Positions 36,505-49,800 of a stretch of 64,000 bases of DNA are shown here, piece by piece (within the stretch, counting starts at the first letter, position 1; each line of letters starts with the position of its first letter). Origin of the DNA: Eledone cirrhosa (lineage: Eukaryota). The DNA is taken from the NCBI GenBank assembly GCA_964016885.1, contig OZ024746.1:98890001-98954000 (forward strand). Direction: 5' to 3'. A program made the position numbers and the translations under genes. The notes beneath the pieces are model-generated. The model had not been told where the DNA came from and ran no database searches. It worked only from the letters and a program-made list of their open reading frames with translations.

Positions 36505-39500
36505 TTTAAAAATGTGTATGTGTTTATATGTGTGTGTGTGTGACTGTATTTACTGTACAGAAGTGTGTGACTGTGTGTATGTGACTGTGTACTTACTGTA
36601 CAGAAGTGTGTGTCAATCACTCCTCAATTCAACCACAATGGATGACCGATATATAGAAACACACATGGCACATTATTTTCTATATAAATAATAAACACAT
36701 GTGTCTGCAAGCCTGTGGGTGTATGTGTGAGTTTTAAAATGTGTGTGTGTGTGTGGCGGGGGGTCATTCCTCCTAATAACATGAATTAGGTCAACAAATT
36801 TCCACTCAAACTATTAAGAATAAACTTACATTCTGAAATGGTTTTAATGTCCATACTGCTATTTATAGCAATGGTTTTTTTTGTGAAAGAGAAAAAATGG
36901 TAAAAGCAAAATTGTAAAAGAATTTAGTAAACATTAGACATGTCTTTTTTATTTGTTGGCTGTAGAACTTTGTTTTGTATAAATATTGTTCAAATATCAA
37001 CTTAATAATGAAGAAATTCTATTATTGAATGTCTAAAAATTCTTAATTATTTGAAAATAATAGGTTGGTGTCTTTTATCAGAAATAGGAAGCAAAAGAGT
37101 TAATTTTTAAGGTGATTCAGTCATAGTGCTGTTCTGCCTTGTTAACCCCTTAGCATTTACATTACTCTACATTTATCATTGTATTTTCATGGAAAAGGTT
37201 TTACCTCACATACTTATCTCACATAATTATCTCACATAATTATCTCACATAATTATCTCATATAATATCGAATCTATGAGATTTTGATATTATTTATTTT
37301 GAGAACAATACCTTAATATAAGTATGAACAGCCGGTTATGACCAGTTTGAACAGAAAGAGGTGAGAGAATTCTGGCTGTATATGGCCGGTTTAAATGTTA
37401 AAGAGTTAATGCAGTTTGATGTGGTACAGGACAGGGGTTAAAAGGCGAGAGCTGAGTGATTTAAATGTACTTTGATTTGATTTAGATCATAGACAAAAGG
37501 CCAAGAAAGCTATTATCATTGCTAGAAAGGACAAATAAAACAATATAATAACAATATAATAAGAATATTTTATGATCATGTTTAAGATAATTGGATGAAA
37601 GTCAATCGAAGAATAATGTTGCTATGGATTCAACATCACCAAGAATATTATTCTCATTTTAGTTTTCCAGTAATCATGAATAAAGCAGCTGAATAAATGT
37701 TTCAATATAAATTAATAAATGTTTAGCAGTTATTGTACTTTTTCATAGAAGCAAATTAATTTCTCTTTCTCTTCTTTCCTTTTACTGGTTTTAATCATTA
37801 AACTGTGACCATACTGGGGCACTGTCTTTAATCCTTTACCATTTACATTATTCTATATATACTACTGTATTTTCATGGTAAAGGCTTTACCGTACATAAT
37901 TATTTCACATAATATCGAATCTATGAGATTTGGATATTTATTTATTTTGAGAACAATACCTTAACATCAGTCTGAGTGGCTGGTTACAACTGATTTGAAC
38001 AGGTGAAAGAATTCTGGCCAGGTACAGCCAGTTTAAATGCTAAAGAGTTAAGGGATTTTAGTAAATAATATTGTCTGTTTGCTACATATTTTATCATTTT
38101 CATAAGATAAATGGCCCCCATTGGTCACTAATGACCAGGGTTTTGTACCTAGAAAGTTTCTCTCTGAGGCACAAGCCTGGGCAAGGTTGTTAGTGGAAGA
38201 CTAGTAGTCACCCATGCACACCAGTCTCCTCTATCCACGCCACCGATGTTGTCCAGACTGTATGATGTATACATATGAAGAGCAATGTTGCATGGTAATG
38301 AGACCTGAGCGGTGTGTGCAGAAGACTTGCATAAATTGGAAAGAAATGAAGTTTGCATGCTCTGGTGGATGTGTAATAGTAATATACGTGAATGGCAAAG
38401 CATAAATGAACTGAGAGAGAAATTAGGCATAAAAAAAATCAGATGCTGTGTGTAGGAGAGGAGATCACGCTAGTATGGACATGTGATATGTATGAATGAT
38501 TACAGCTGTATAAAAAGGTGCAGAGTGCTCAAAGTTGATGGAAGCCATGGAGAGGGGAGACCCAGGAAGACTTTGGATGAGGTGATAAAAGCTGACCTTG
38601 CTGAATTGCATCTCTCAAAGGTGTTGTGCAGTAATACAGAAGATCTGCCTTCCCATGAGCTCAGGCTGAAGCATATATCTAGTGAAGCCCCCAGCCCCCG
38701 CTGTAAAGGGATAATTTGGCAACACGACAAAAACCACCCAGCCTACACTGTAAAGTGGTCATGTAGGTATCACGATAAAAAGCACCCATCTGTAGAAACC
38801 AAGCCAAAATCAGTTCTTTATGAGCAAGACATGGTCACCTGACTTGGTATTTCTCACAACAGGACAACTCGTCTCACTCATACTAGCATCGAAAAAGGGA
38901 CGTTTAACTGTAATTTTGTGATCATGATGCACTCATGCACATACATTAATATACATTTCAAAGACCCCCTTTGGTCACAAATGACCATGTGATTTGTACC
39001 TAGATGGTTTCACTCCGAGGCACAAGTCCGGGCAAAGATGTTTGTAGAAGACCAGTAGTAACCCATGCATACCAGCTTCCCCTCTCCATGGCACTGATGA
39101 TGTCCAAGGGAAAGGTAATGGCCGATACAGCTGTATCTGTGACATTGCAACTCATTTCTACAACTGAGTAAACTGGCTCAACGTGAAATAAAGTGTCTTG
39201 CTTGAGGACACAACACATCAAACCTTTCGATTGCAAGCACAATGCTCTGACCACTAAGCCATGCACCTTCACCATATATATATATATATACATATCATCA
39301 TCATCACTGTTTTACGTCCGTTCTTCCACGCTAGCATGGGTTAGACGGGTTGTCCTGTTGTGGACAGTAGCCAGTCGGCTGACCATGCCTAGCTCATATG
39401 GGAACTGATTCTGGCTTGATTTCTACAGCTGGTGATGACACAGGACCAACCTCATTTACAGTGAGTGCTGGGTGCTTTTTTTCCGTGGCGCCTACACGTC

Positions 39501-41664
39501 CACTTTACTGTGTGGGCTGGGTGCTTTATTGCCGTGGCACCTCCATGACCACTTTGCTTCAGAGGTCACGGTCGTGTGTCATCGCCTTTGAGAGGTGTAA
39601 TTGGGTAAGGTCGGCTTTTATCACCTCATCCCTGGTCTTCTTGGGTCTCCCCATTCTGCGGCTTCCATTGACTTCTAGTGCTCTGCACCTTTTTATGCAG
39701 CTGTCATCTTCATACACATCACATGTCCATACCAACGTAACCTCCTCTCCTGCACACAGCATTTGATTCCTCTGATGCTTAGTTCTCCCTGAATTCGTTT
39801 ATGCTTTGCTGTTCGCGTATATTACTATTACACATCCATCGGAGCATGCAGGCTTCGTTTCTTTCTAATCTAGGCAAGTCTTCTACACACAGACTGCAGT
39901 GGCAGTAGCTCCCTGAACTTCTTCCATCCTGTTCTTACCCTAGTTATTGTACTTTCCAAACACCCACCTCCGCTGTTAATTTGGTCACCTAGGTAGCAGA
40001 AGATGTCTATTGTTTCTACAGAGCCCTCCCAGAGTTTGGTGGTGCTTGTTTCCTGTGGCTGTTTGCCGCTTGCTGTCCCAGCGCAGCTGCTGCATGTGAA
40101 GCCTACATTCTTAGTTAAGCTTCCTGAGATCCCACTACATCTCTTGTATCCATTGTACCCATTGTACCCATTGTTTGCATTTGGGGCAGAGGATGGAATT
40201 CCTACATACTGAGCAAGGCCATTTCCCTGAGGGGATCTGGGTTCTGTTTTCTCGTCTACTTACAAGGACCCTCGTCTTTGTCAGGTTGACTTTGAGACCC
40301 TTTCTTTTTAGTCCCTGCTTCCATGTTTGGAATTTCTTCTCTAGTTCTACCATAGATTCAGCTATAAGTGCAAGGTCATCTGCATACAGGAGTTCCCATG
40401 GGTATCTGGGCTTAAACTCCTCCATTATTGCCTGCAGGACTATGATGAACAGGAGAGGGCTAAGAACAGAGCCCTGGTGGACACCAACCTGTACGCTAAA
40501 TTCCTCGCTATACTCATTGCTAATCCTAACTTTGCTGACTGCTCCCCTATACATGGCTTGTACAGCTTTCACAAGCCATTCATCTACTCCTAGTTTTCTT
40601 ATTACACGTGGAACTCTGTCAAAGGTTTTCTTGAGATCGACAAATGCCAGGTAGAGTGGCTTACTTTTAGCTAGGTACTTTTCCTGTAACTACCTCACAA
40701 GGAAGAGGGCATCAGTGGTGCCTTTTCCTGGTACAAACCCAAATTGCATCTCATCTAGTTTCACCCGGTCCCTAATCAGCTGTGCTTTAACTCTTTCTGT
40801 TATTTTCATGACCTAGTCCATCAGCTTTATACCTCTAGTTTCCTCTATCTAGTGCATCACCTTTACCCTTGTAGCAGTTGACAATGATGCTGCTGCACCA
40901 ATCCTTTGGTATGACATAGATATATATATCCTTTGGTAGGACATATATATATATATCATCATTCATCATCATTTCATTTTACGTCCACTTTTCCCTGCTT
41001 GCAAGGGTGGGACGGGAACTGATTCTGGCTTGATTTCTACAGCTGGATGCCTTTCCTAACACCAACCTCATTTACAGTGAGTGCTGGGTGCTTTTTTGCC
41101 GTGGCACCTCCACGACCACTTTACAGTGGAATGATAGAGACCCGAGTCCTTATCATCTCATTTCTACAGCTGAGTAAACTGGAGCAATGTGAAATAAAGT
41201 GTCTTGCTCAAAGAAACAACACATCACCCGGTCTGAGAATTGAACTCACAACCTTTCGATTGCAAGGCCAATGCTCTAACCACTAAGCCATGTGCCTCCA
41301 TATATATATATTGTTATACTTTAGGAGGGTCATGTTGCCAATAAAAACACACACACACCTGTTGGTTTTCACTTCAATTTATTACAAGTTTCCGGTTGGT
41401 TGGTTCGATAACCGGAAGGTTGTTTATATATTGTCAAAGCTCTTTTGTCACACCTTCTGTGACCTCAGTGAAAACCAACAGGTGCGTGTGTTTTTATTGG
41501 CAGCATGACCCTCCCAAAGTATAACAATATCTGTTTCAAAACACGTTTTCAGATAAGAAATCTAGCAAAACAAATTCAAAAACGAATTATATATATATAT
41601 ATAATTTCTGATGATTTCTCCTGAATGAAACAGTTCTAGTCCTGTAGAAGCCATTTCTATATAT

Positions 41665-41758
<94 letters not shown>

Positions 41759-43602
41759 CATCATCACCAAGGTTGGGCACTCAATTTATACAGTTTTGGA
41801 GTTCTGAGACTTCAGAAGGCATGAAAAGTAACAAGTAGGGTAGGGAAAGGTAAAGGTCAATGATGGAAGGGGTGGCCTTTAGATCTTGAGAGGTCCACCA
41901 ACAGATTTGATTGGATATTCTGGGCCAGCTTGAATGGCTTGGTAAAGAGGGAGTGGGTTGGAGCAACAAAGAATGGATGCAGTTTGAGGTGTGAGTGAGT
42001 GTTGATAAAAACTGCACCAAACACGTGGGACTCCATTTGCTCTCTATACTGAGAGATGGGGAGGGCGAGAGAGATGGAGGCGATGCCGGTGGGAGTTTGG
42101 CTTTTCCATGTAAAGATCAATGGAAACATTGTTTCTTTAGCCCGATCTGGCGGTCGGCTCCTTTTCTTTAAATTTACAATCCCGATGACCTAATTACCTT
42201 GCAAGGACATTACAACAAGTTAGTAACAAATATGCAAGCCGGTAACAACGGTTGGCAACAAGCTTGGAGTATTGGTGGAAAAGTGTCATTTGATGTGTAG
42301 TTAGTTACTGTGGTGATATCTATCTGTCTTTCACACACAATCTCTCTCTCTCAATATATCTCTCTCTCAACATTTCATATAGGAAAAATAGTTTCGGTTT
42401 ACAAACATATCGTAGTTGTTATTCAGTTTAGAGGTAGCATTAAAAGCTGCTAAAACAGACAAGGTTCTAGATGAGTCGTGGGCAACCTGCAGCCCACTGG
42501 CCACATACAGCCCACGAAGCTTTCTGAATGGCTCACCTAAGTGAAATCTTTCTGATTTTTTTACCTCAACTTTTCAGTCATAATTTATCTTTCTATTATT
42601 TTTACAATCGAGGAAAACAACATATACAAATTCTGAAGAAACAAATCAAAACAACATGAGTTACCATCCTTTTTTTTTAAGCTGCCCCACCTAGAGTGAG
42701 TCGATATTGCGCAGTGGTGTAGGTTATGCCTGGAAGGAAGGTTGGCTGGTAAGAGAAGCAGAGGCCAGCAGCTGAAAACGATGGCTTGACAATGTCAACT
42801 TATGGACTGGACTTGATCTTTGCTCTTTGAACTCCTGCTGCCCTTTTTTTAATGTGGGCACCAATGTAAATAAGCGCTTGCGGCCCGCATGATAAGCCAT
42901 ATCTCATGCAGCCCGCTTCTCGAAAAAGGTTGTTCATGTCTGTATATATGGAAGCTGAGCACGACAGAAAAAATGAAATTCTTGCATTAACTACTTTTCA
43001 TTCTGAATTTGTTGAAATATTTGTGGATATCAATTAAAAAATAAATGATATACTTAAAATTCTAAATTATATATGTAAATAGAATTGTGTACTGTAAAGT
43101 GACTGGGTGTGATTGTAAAGTGTTATGATTTTACATGTTTGTGAATTATATCATCATCATTATCATTGTTGTCATCATCCTCACCATCATCACCATCATC
43201 ATCACCACCGTCATCACCACCGTCATCACCACCGTCATCACCACCGTCACTACCATCATCATCATCACCATCACCACTACCATCATCACCATCATCATCA
43301 TTACCACCATCACCATCACCACCATCACCACCACCATCATCATCATCATCAACACCACCACCACCACCACCATCATCATCACCATCACCACCACCATCAC
43401 CACCATCACTACCACCACCACCACCACCACCACCACCATCACCACCATCACCATCACCACCACCACCATCACCACCACCATCACCATCACCACCACCACC
43501 ACCACCACCATCATCATCACCACCACCACCACCACCACCATCACCACCATCATCATCACCATCACCACCACCACCACCACCATCACAATCACCACCACCA
43601 CC

Positions 43603-43636
<34 letters not shown>

Positions 43637-43758
43637 TCATCATCATTATCATTATCATCATCATCATCATCATCATCATCACCACCACCATCACCACCAT
43701 CACTATCACCACCATCATCACCACCACCACCACCACCACCACCACCACCACCACCATC

Positions 43759-43792
<34 letters not shown>

Positions 43793-43818
43793 CCACCACC
43801 ACCACCACCACCACCACC

Positions 43819-43852
<34 letters not shown>

Positions 43853-46800
43853 CCACCACCACCACCACCACCACCACCACCACCATCACCACCACCATCA
43901 CCACCATCACTATCACCACCACCACCACCACCATCACCACCACCACCGCCATCATCATCACCACCACCGCCATCATCATCATCACCACCACCACCATCAC
44001 CACCATCACTATCACCACCATCACTATCACCACCACCACCACCATCACCATCATCATCATCACCACCATCACCACCACCACCATCACCACCATCACTATC
44101 ACCACCATCACTATCACCACCACCACCACCACCATCATCACCATCACCACCACCATCATCATCACCATCACCACCACCATCATCACCATCACCACCACCA
44201 TCACCACCACCACCACCATCACCACCACCATTACCACCACCATCGCCACCATCATCATCATCATCATCACCACCACCATCATCATCATCACCATCGTCCA
44301 CATCATTATCAGTTTTACATCTATTAACCCCCCCCCCACAAAAACGATGATGATGATGATGATAGTGATGGTGGTGATGGTGGTGATGGTGGTGATGGTG
44401 GTGATGGTGGTGGTGATGATGGTATAATATAACTATATATGCATCTGACATGTTCATAACACGTCAACTCAGTGGAGACAACACTGATGCAGCATGCTCA
44501 ATTGCACTTGCACTCAGGGTCGTATTTAATGGGGGGCAAAAGGGGCAATTGCCCCGGGCTCCCAGCAGTGGAGGGCACCAGTGACGACCGTACTTATTTT
44601 ATTTGTGGCCTCAGCTGGGCTTTTTAGTTTAAGGATGGTGAGAAGTTTTTAATGTAACAACTATGTGTAACTTTACAATTCCAATTACTTGTGCCAAACT
44701 AACAACTTAGATTTATAACTGTATCATCATCATCATCACCAGTTTACGTCCGTTCTTCCACACTAGCATGGGTTAGACGGGTTGTCCTGTTGTGGGCAGT
44801 GTCCGGTCGGCTGACCTTGTCTTGCTCATACGGGAACTGATTCTGGCTTAATTTCTACAGCAACCTCATTTACAATGAGTGCTGGGTGCTTTTTTCCATG
44901 GTGCCTACACGTCCACTTTACAGTGTGGGCTGGGTGCTTTTTTGCCGTGGCACCTCCACAACCACTTTGCAGTGGGAGGATGTGGGGGTATATTGTCTAT
45001 ATGCTTCAGCTTCGGCTTGTACCCATGGGAGGTCGGGTACTCTGTATTACTGTGTGACGCCAGAGGTCACGGTCGTGTGTCATCGCCTTTGAGAGGTGTA
45101 ATTGGGTAAGGTCGGCTTTTATCACCTCATCCCTGGTCTTCTTGGGTCTCCCCACTCCGCGGCTTCCATTGACTTCTAGTGCTCTGCACCTTTTTATGCA
45201 GCTGTCATCTTCATACACATCACATGTCCATACCAACGTAACCACCTCTCCTGCACACAGCATTTGATTCCTCTTATGCTCAGTCTCTCTTTCAATTCAT
45301 TATGCTTTGCCGTTCACGTATATTACTATTACACATCCATCTGAGCATGCAGGCTTCATTTCTTACTAATCTATGCAAATTTTCCACAGACAGCGCCCAA
45401 GTCTCACTACCATGTAACATTGCTGTTCGTATACACGCATCATACAGTCTGCCTTTCATTTTGAGGGAAAAGCCTTTTGCAGCTGCAGTGGCAGTAGCTC
45501 CCTGAACTTCTTCCATCCCATTCTTACCCTAGTTATTGTACTTTCCGAACACCCACCTCCGCTGCTAATTCGGTCACCTAGGTAGCAGAAGCTGTCTACT
45601 GTTTCTACAGAGCCCTCCCAGAGATTGGTGGTACTTGTTTCCTGTGGCTGTTTGCTGCTTGCTGTCCCAGCACAGCTGCTGCATGTGAAGCCTACATTCT
45701 TAATTAGGCTTCCTGAGATCCCGCTACATCTCTTGTGTACCCATTGTTTGCATTTGGGGCAGAGAATGGAGTTCCTACCTACACCTTTCCTACATACTGA
45801 GCAAGGCCGTTTCCCTGAGGGGGATCTGGGTTCTGTTTTCTCGTCTACTTACAAGGACCTTAGTCTTTGTCAGGTTGACTTTGAGACCCTTTCTTTCTAG
45901 TCCCTGCTACCAAGTTTGGAATTTCTTCTCTAGTTCTACCATAGATTCAGCTATAAGTGCGAGGTCATCTGCATACAGGAGTTCCCGTGGGCATCCGGTC
46001 TTAAACTCCTCCGTTATTGCCTGCAAAACTATGATGACCAGGAGAGGGCTAAGAACAGAGCCCTGGTGGACACCGACCTGTATGCTAAATTCGTCGCTAT
46101 AGTCATTGCTAATCCTAACTTTGCTGACTGCTCCCCTATACATGGCTTGTACAGCTTTCACAAGCCATTCATCTACTCCTAGTTTTCTAAGACCCCACCA
46201 GATTATAGCACGGAGAACTCTGTCAAAGGCTTTCTCGAGATCGACGAATGCCAGGTAGAGCGGCTTAGTTTTAGCTAGGTACTTTTCCTGTAACTGCCTC
46301 ACAAGGAAGAGGGCATCAGTGGTGCCTCTTCCTGTCACAAATCCAAATTGCATCTCATCTAGTGTCACCCGGTCCCTAATCAACTGTGCTATAACTCTTT
46401 CTGTTACTTTCATGACCTGGTCCATCAGCTTTATACCTCTATACCTATATATATATCATCATCATCATCATCATCATTTTACGTCCGCTTTTTCCCTGCT
46501 TGCAAGGGTGGGACGGGAACTGATTCTGGCTTGATTTCTACAGCTGGATGCCCTTCCTAACACCAACCTCATTTACAGTGAGTGCTGGGTGCTTTTTTGC
46601 CGTGGAACCTCCATGACCACTTTGCAGTGGAATGATAGGGACCCCAGTCCCTATCATCTCATTTCTACAGCTGAGTAAACTGGAGCAATGTGAAATAAAG
46701 TGTCTTGCTCAAGGAAACAACACATCACCCGGTCTGAGAATTGAACTCACAACCTTTCGATTGCAAGGCCAATGCTCTAACCACTAAGCCATGTGCCTCT

Positions 46801-49800
46801 ATATATATATATGCCTTGCAACATAGAGTTACGGCCCTTTACGTTCTGAGTTCAAATCCCGCTAATGTTAGCTTTGCTTTTCATCCTTACGGGGTTGATA
46901 AAATAAAGTACCAGTAATGCACTGGGGTCAAATTTATCGTATCCCCCCCCCCCCCGCTACAAATTGCTGGCCTTGTGTCTAAAGTAGAAACAATTATTAT
47001 GGTTGATTAGATAATGAATTTTCTTTTTCTTTATTGTAGGTAGCAGCAATGAATGAATACCGCTGTCTGTTCTATTTGGGAGTACTAAACAATCATCTGT
47101 ATGCTGTAGGTGGTATAAACTGGACAGGGGTACTACCAAGTGTGGAGGTTTACAACTGTGATCAAGATGTATGGGAAAAGGACAAAGATTTGCCTTATCT
47201 TGTTCATGAACATGCTGGTAAGTCTGTTTTACTTAGTAAACTATGTTGAATATTGCTACAACAGTTGCTGGTGCCTCCTGGGGCCCCGGGACAATCCCCC
47301 CTTGCCTCTCATTATTAAATCTGGCCCTGAGTATAGAGCATGCTAATAGCTGTGTATGTCTGCAAATGTTCGGAGATGAAGCACTTCTTTCTGTTCCTGA
47401 AAAGGAAATGCAAAGTTTTGGTATTTCATCATCATCAAAAAGCAACAACAACAATATCATCATCATTTTTATCTTTTGGGAGCAGGACCCCCAAGAGAAA
47501 TTTTGTAAGGCGGTACAAGACCCATTTGGGGCCCAAAACAAGCAAAGATTTTTCTCAAAATAGATGTTTCATGGTTGCTGTGGGGCCTTCTTAGCTCTTG
47601 GGTGCCTCTCATAGGCCCTGAGTAGGAGAGTTAACTGAGCTGTGAGGTGTACGAGAATTGATTGTTTGAGTGGTGGAGAGAGCTCCATCAACCCATACAG
47701 CAATTGATCTGACTCTATTACTAAATGATGGTATACCATCTGCTCTCATCACATGCTGAATACTAACATTTTTTCTTGAGAGATATTGGAACGATAATTT
47801 CATTTATGGAATATATCATGTAAATACAGTTTAATACAAAAAGAGAATAAAAAGAAAATCTAGATTGAGAAGAATGGAATGTAAAGTAGGAAAATATAAA
47901 GAGAAAAATAATAAAAAATGGAAAAGGGAGGGAATGGCAAGGACTCTAGTGTCACAGAAGAGTGGGAGGGGTGGATGATGATTGGGCTCTGGGGCTAGGG
48001 TATGGCGGTAAAGGGGCTGAGCTCTGCAGACAAGACCGCAAAAAGCTTTCCTGCAGACATTGTTACTGTTTTTGTCAAGTATAACATTAATTTCTCAGCT
48101 GCTTTCTGCTATTTATGAAACTTTAACTCTTAACACTGTTGTGGCTGCATTTCTAATAAAACTCAATCTAGTCCAATTAACTTCTTATATATATCTGGAT
48201 ATATATATATCTGGATTTTGTATGTAGATAAAGAAAATTAGTTTCTTTTCTGAGCAGATTTGTTTTGGACACAATATCTAACCCATGCTAGTGTGGAAGA
48301 TAGATGTTAATCAATGATGATGATGATTTTGAAGTCTTAACAAGTACGTGTGTGTGCATTGATGTTCTGTCTCTTTCACTCTCATTCTCCCCATCTCTCT
48401 CTTTCACTCACTGCTTCTGTCTCTTTCACTCTCCCCATCTCTCTCTTTCACTCAATGCCTCTGTCTCTCTCACTCTCTCTATCTCTCCCTTTCACTCACT
48501 GCCTCCGTCTCTCCCACTCTCCCCATCTCTCACTATTATAAGCAAACAGGAGCACACATGCTGGCCACTCTGCCATGCTTTGACGCATAGAGTTACGGCC
48601 CTTGCCATTCTGAGTTCAAATCTCGCCGAGGTTAACTTTGCCTTTCATCCTTACGGGGTTGATAAAATAAAGTACCAGTAATGCACTAGGGTAATTGCTG
48701 GCCTTCTGCCAAAAGTAGAAACAATTATTCTATATACTATACATGTATCTTTATAATTAGTTTCTTATAATTTCGCGTCAGCTTCCCTACAATATATCTT
48801 ATATATCATACATGCACACACATATATATGTCTATTGAGAGACATTTATATTACAATTATTCTTCTCTTTGTCATAAACATGTCTATTTCCCGCTAAAAC
48901 TAATATTTACCAAGGCTTTTATTGATAGTTCCAGTTGTAGCTATTCCTGTTCACTAGACATGAATGCTCAGTCTGTTATGACAACAAGAAATAATAGAAA
49001 ATTAGCTTCAATAAAAATGAATGTAAGTTTAATATTTGACATACAACCAGACCAGTCAGACTTCTTTTAAAAAATCTTACAACATATGCTTGAGTATATT
49101 GTTATTGCTGTGAATATGTCCATTCAAATGATAGTGTGATTGTGCACAGTAATATCTATCAACCTATTAGTATTTACATTACTCTATATTTACAGTCATA
49201 TTTTCATGGTTGAAGGCTTTTACCTTATGTAATTGTCACACGGATTGCCAGTATTGGTAGAGTCGGACGCCATGCTTTCCAGCATAGTTACGTCCCTTTA
49301 CGGTCTGAGTTCAGATCCTGCCGAGGTTAACTTTGCCTTTCATCCTTACGGGGTCGATAAAATAAAGTACCAGTAATGTACTGGGTAATTGCTGGCCTTG
49401 TGCCAAAAATAGAAACAATTATTTCTTCCAATCTATGAGATTTTGATGTTATTTATTTTGAGGACAATACCTTAACAATATCAGTATGAGTAGCCAGTTA
49501 TGGCTGGTTTGAGCAGAAAGAGGTGAGAGAATTCTGGCCAGGTTGTGGCTGGTTTAAATGCTAAAGGGTTAAGAATATGTTGGTGTTTCGGCCCAAAAGT
49601 TAAGGGCTGAAACACTTGCTTGAGGGAAGGCTGTTCGTCTCTGAAGACCTTCTGCTTGTCCAGCTCTCCTGAGAGTTCCTTACCACTTATTGCTATGAAT
49701 ACAGGCATTCAAATGATAGTGTGATTGTGTATATTAATCTCTATTTAAGAATATTTTGGTATGTGTGATAATTTCATTGACAGTGAGTAGTTCAGATTTC

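Noticed and set aside
41781-42200. Possible coding or retroelement remnant on the minus strand
   Set aside because: Composition looks coding-derived but no recognisable motif; cannot assign without TBLASTX.
43123-44457. Poly-His/Gly/Asp/Pro ORFs (also 19934-20642 poly-Thr/Val/Leu)
   Set aside because: Trinucleotide microsatellites read in all frames.
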